From NCBI GenBank assembly GCA_963514005.1, contig OY740812.1, positions 27,466,001-27,530,000 on the forward strand: a stretch of DNA of 64,000 bases, given 5' to 3'. Every line of letters begins with the position of its first letter. Positions within the stretch are counted from its first letter, which is position 1. The DNA is from Raja brachyura (Eukaryota). A program made the position numbers and the translations under genes. This document shows positions 60,509 through 64,000 of the stretch, piece after piece. The notes beneath the pieces were generated by a model. It saw only the letters and a program-made list of their open reading frames with translations, was not told the origin of the DNA and made no database searches.

Positions 60509-61979
60509 CTGTGTACATACAATTTGCAACACTTACAAATGATTCAGCAGAGAGTCTGAACTTTATGAACTTAACCATATTTCTTAAGTCAGTAAACTGT
60601 ACACATTTTGCTTAAATTGGGTGGCATATATGTGAGGTGTGCAGGGAGGCATTTGCCACCAGAATGATCAAAAGGCATTAACATGTCGAGCTCAGGAACA
60701 AAAAAAATCTTTGAACTCCAGGAAGGAAATCAAAGTGGTCGGAGAAAGAGGTGGCATTGCTATTGGAACTCGAAAGCAAATTCCAAGGTCACTGGATCAT
60801 AATATAGAAACAAAGAACTGCAGATGCTGGTTTATACCAAAGAACAAAGTGCTGCAGTAACACAGCACGTTAGGCAGCATCTCTGGAGTAAAAGGGTGGA
60901 TGACGTTTTGGGTCAAGACCCTTTTTCAGTCTCACAGTCCCGAAATGTCCCCAACCCCTAAGTTGCTCCAGTACTTTGTCTATCTTTGGCTGGATCATAA
61001 ACTTGGAGCTTTATAGGAAACGATGTCAGAGAGAAATGCTGGCAACGGTGATCCCTAATCCAGAAAGAGAACCAGAAAGCATTGAGAATGAGGGAGAACC
61101 GCCAGTAGTCAGACTCCTCCGATGTCGTGACTGAAGGCAATTCCCCCGAGAAGCGATCCCATGAGGACTGACCTGGAGGATGACCGGAAACAGGCAGAGG
61201 AGCTGCTAAGGGACAAAAGGAATAAGGAGAATGGTGTTCTTAGAGTTAGTCTGGTTGAGGATATTACACAAAATGTGTTACAACAAATGGAAATACGAAC
61301 ACCAGAATGAGGTCCACCAAACGAGTTACTCCATTATAACCCCAGTGAGCTCGGGTTCAATTCTGACTTCCAGCGCTGTCTGGAAGAGTATGCATGTTCC
61401 TGCTGTGATATATGGGTTTCCTCTCACATTCCAAATTCATGCAGATGGGTAGGAAAATTGATCATTGTTAATTGCTGTTAATGTTTAAAGGAGTGGTAGA
61501 ATCTGATGGGAGCTTGATTCTTTCATTTACAATGCCAGATAGTCTGACATCTATATATAACTAAAAATCTCATCTTGACCACTTCCTGTCAGCGCTGTAT
61601 ATTGATTTTAGAAAAAACGCTCCCATATATCGCTATGACTTTTGGCCATCTTACTCAGTCCTCCTCCGCTGAGACAGCCCAGAGGCATATTCCGATCGAT
61701 GAAAAATAAAAAAGTTATGAGTGTTTAAATAATGTTGAGACCAGCTGATTGGTCCTTTCGCCTGTCAATCACCACAAAGAAGGTAACGCCCCTTCCAGGG
61801 AGCAGGACTATAAAACCCCGGATGCCTGGACGTGAGTCAGTCATTCTGGAAGATCGCGAGGGAGTGTCCACAATAGTGATTCTAAGCTGTGAATTAACTG
61901 AGCTGTGAGTCTGCAATGTACTTGCAATAAATGATTTGTTAGTCCTCCATGACAATGCAATGAGTTGTTTGGCAATTTG

Positions 61980-62250
61980 GTGGCCTGCACTCTGCCTGAA
62001 ATGCTATGAAATTGAGTTTTGTGGCCTGCACTCTGCTTGAAATGCTATGAAATTGAGATTGGTGGCCTGCACTCTGCTTGAAATGCTATGAAATTGAGTT
62101 CGGTGGCCTGCACTCTGACTGAAATGCAATGAAATTGTGTTTGGTGGCCTACACTCTGACTGAAATGCAATGAAATTGTATTTGGTGGGCTGTACACTGC
62201 TTGAAATGCTATGAAATTTAATTTGGTGTTCTGCATTCTGCTTGAAATGG
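61980..62250. repeat. Minisatellite, unit of about 40 bp, about 7 copies
   Basis: Repeats of ggtggcctgcactctgcttgaaatgctatgaaattgagtt. Confidence 0.95.
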
Positions 62251-62266
62251 AATTTCAAGGAATAGC

Positions 62267-62437
62267 CGTGAGTGAACTGCCAGCCCACCAGCCCTGAGTG
62301 ACTGAACTGCCAGCCCACCAGCCCTGAGTGACTGAACCGCCAGCCCACCAGCCCTGAGTGACTGAACTGCCAGCCCACCAGGCCTGCGTGACTGAGCTGC
62401 CAGCCCACCAGGCCTGCGTGACTGAGCTGCCAGCCCA
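62267..62437. repeat. Minisatellite, unit of 30-31 bp, about 5.5 copies
   Basis: Repeats of gagtgactgaactgccagcccaccagccct. Confidence 0.95.
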
Positions 62438-62673
62438 ATAATCCATTTGGCCCACAATGTCCATACTAGCCCTCTGGCAAGCAGTTCATTCGGTCCACAA
62501 AACCCACACGAGCTCTCCAGAAAGCCGCCCCCCCCCACTGACCACCAATATTGGAATTGTTGCACATAAGTCATCCATGCTGCATGACATGTGCAACATT
62601 CAAGGCAAGATCTAAACAAAATTCGAAAAAGTATGTTGTAATCAGGTGCGAAAAAATTAAAAAGCATGCTTAC

Positions 62674-62719
62674 CGACTGGAATCTTCAATTTTAAGAAAT
62701 GGATGTTTTAGTTTTCCCA
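62674..62719 (-). CDS. DBF4B: DBF4B-like exon (motif M, first part)
   Basis: Acceptor ttttttgtgcag, donor gtaagc, 46 nt. Reads GKLKHPFLKIEDSS(R), closer to DBF4B LKAPFLKIEDESR than to DBF4 LKKPFVKVEDMSQ (both recalled from memory). Confidence 0.85.
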
Positions 62720-63616
62720 CTGCACAAAAAAGAACATTAAAATGCATTTAATATCATCTCGAATAAACTGATTCACAGAACGTATTGATGATATGTATTG
62801 CCTGTAGGAGTTGAATTGACAATCTTGACAAGGCTACAATACATTTCATAGACGGTTTGAAACCATTGGAACTGTGGTTTTCGTCCGACTCTTTCAATAC
62901 ATACTTTTGATAAAGATTTTTCAAAATAGCATCTTGTCATTTTTATTTTACTGATGGATTCTCTGTGATATTATTATGGTAATTATAATACATAGTTTTA
63001 TGTTACTGTTAGTTAAAGTAAAGTGGGATTGGGAGAGTTTCAAGGTGAGAAAATCTGACTGTCAAGCATTTTCTTGACTCCGTGGTATCACTCTCGTCTG
63101 AGGCAGTTTTATAGAGGGACAACACAATACTATCAACTCATTAACATAATATAAACTACAATTTGACTGTAGCAGAGGGATACTATACTCTCGGACACGT
63201 CACCATTTGGATGAAATCCTGAACTGGTGCTTGTCTTCCCTCTCAAATCAATGTAAAAGGCAATGTGGCATAACAACATAATAGAAGCAGCAGTATGCCA
63301 TCCTTCAAGGTCTTCTTCCAAAGGCTGTGTGCATTTACCCTATCATGCCCCTCATAATTTTGTATACTTCTATAAAATCACTGCTTAGTCGCCCAAGATC
63401 CAAGGAGTAAAGTCCTAGCCTGCACAATCTCTTCCTATAACTCAGTCCCTTGAGTCCTGATAAAATCCTCGTAAAACATCTTTGCAGTCTTTCCAACTTA
63501 ATGGCAACTTTCCGATAGCAGGGCAATTAAAAGGCTAATCTGCCTCAACACTATTTCCCACATGCCCATTAATCCATCAATCTCTGTTTCAATCCAATGG
63601 CTGGTTCCAAGGATGC

Positions 63617-64000
63617 GTAGGAAGGAACTGCAGATGCTGGTTTACACCGAAGATAGACACAAAATGCTGGAATAACTCAGCGGGACAGGATATAAAAATT
63701 GGGCGTCATTTCGGGTCGAGACCCTTCTTCAGACTGAGAATCAGGGGAGAGGGAGACACAGAGATAAGGAAGGGTAAGATGTGAAAAAAACAGGACATCT
63801 AAAGAGATGATAGCTAACGAGGTGAAAGGTGAGGATTAGGGGGACTCTGTCCCTGTTGTGCCTGGGGGGGGGTGGGGGAGAGGAGGGTGAACAAGAGTGC
63901 AGCGGAGTTCTTGCTCCCCTCCCCTCAGTTACAACAGGGACAGAGTCCCCTTAGTCCTCACCTTTCACCGGATCAGCCATTGCATAATCCTGCAACATTT
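63617..64000. mobile_element. Penelope-like element fragment with inverted segment
   Basis: Terminal repeat at 63617-63735 and a 39-bp inverted repeat at 63821-63859/63931-63969. The plus arm encodes NRDRVPLVLTFH, typical of the PLE RT to GIY-YIG linker. Confidence 0.7.

Larger units (their letters stand above)
61550..62559 (+). mobile_element. Helitron-like non-autonomous element with internal minisatellites, 3' end not seen
   Basis: Starts A|TCTATATATAACTAAAA, a Helitron-type 5' TC end. No TIR or TSD. Holds internal tandem arrays; no terminal hairpin plus CTRR was found. Confidence 0.5.

Noticed and set aside
61980-62437. Regular repeats resembling a CRISPR array, and repetitive ORFs such as 62004-62438
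   Set aside because: No unique spacers, no cas genes and a eukaryotic context. These are plain minisatellites, and the ORFs are by-products.
62760-63330. Possible further DBF4B exons (for example ESISKIKMTRCYFEKSLSK near 62895-62952)
   Set aside because: I could not build a phase-consistent chain or recognise homology, so this is left uncalled.

Overview
Vertebrate nuclear DNA, most likely from a cartilaginous fish (skate/ray-like). This is inferred from the repeats: tRNA-derived V-SINEs, CR1 LINEs and Penelope-like terminal repeats. Two host genes lie in tandem on the minus strand. One is the 3' half of a DBF4-family CDC7 activator (DBF4B/Drf1-like; five exons from 62719 to the stop at 49885, including motif M and the zinc finger). 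The other is the first four coding exons of an ADAM11-like gene (28749 to 8231). The rest is dense, nested mobile DNA: a near-intact DIRS tyrosine-recombinase retrotransposon (36047-41348), a full-length Tc1 inside a hAT relic inside a SINE, Harbinger- and Tigger-like MITEs, a Helitron-like element, and CR1/L2/Rex fragments. Two signals stand out. First, the DIRS pol ORF is bracketed by an in-frame splice donor and acceptor, so removing pol as an intron joins its ATG to the recombinase. Second, TSD-flanked mini-retroelements of 90-105 bp are made mainly of a minimal hammerhead-ribozyme motif. All calls come from reading by eye; no database search or folding program was run.
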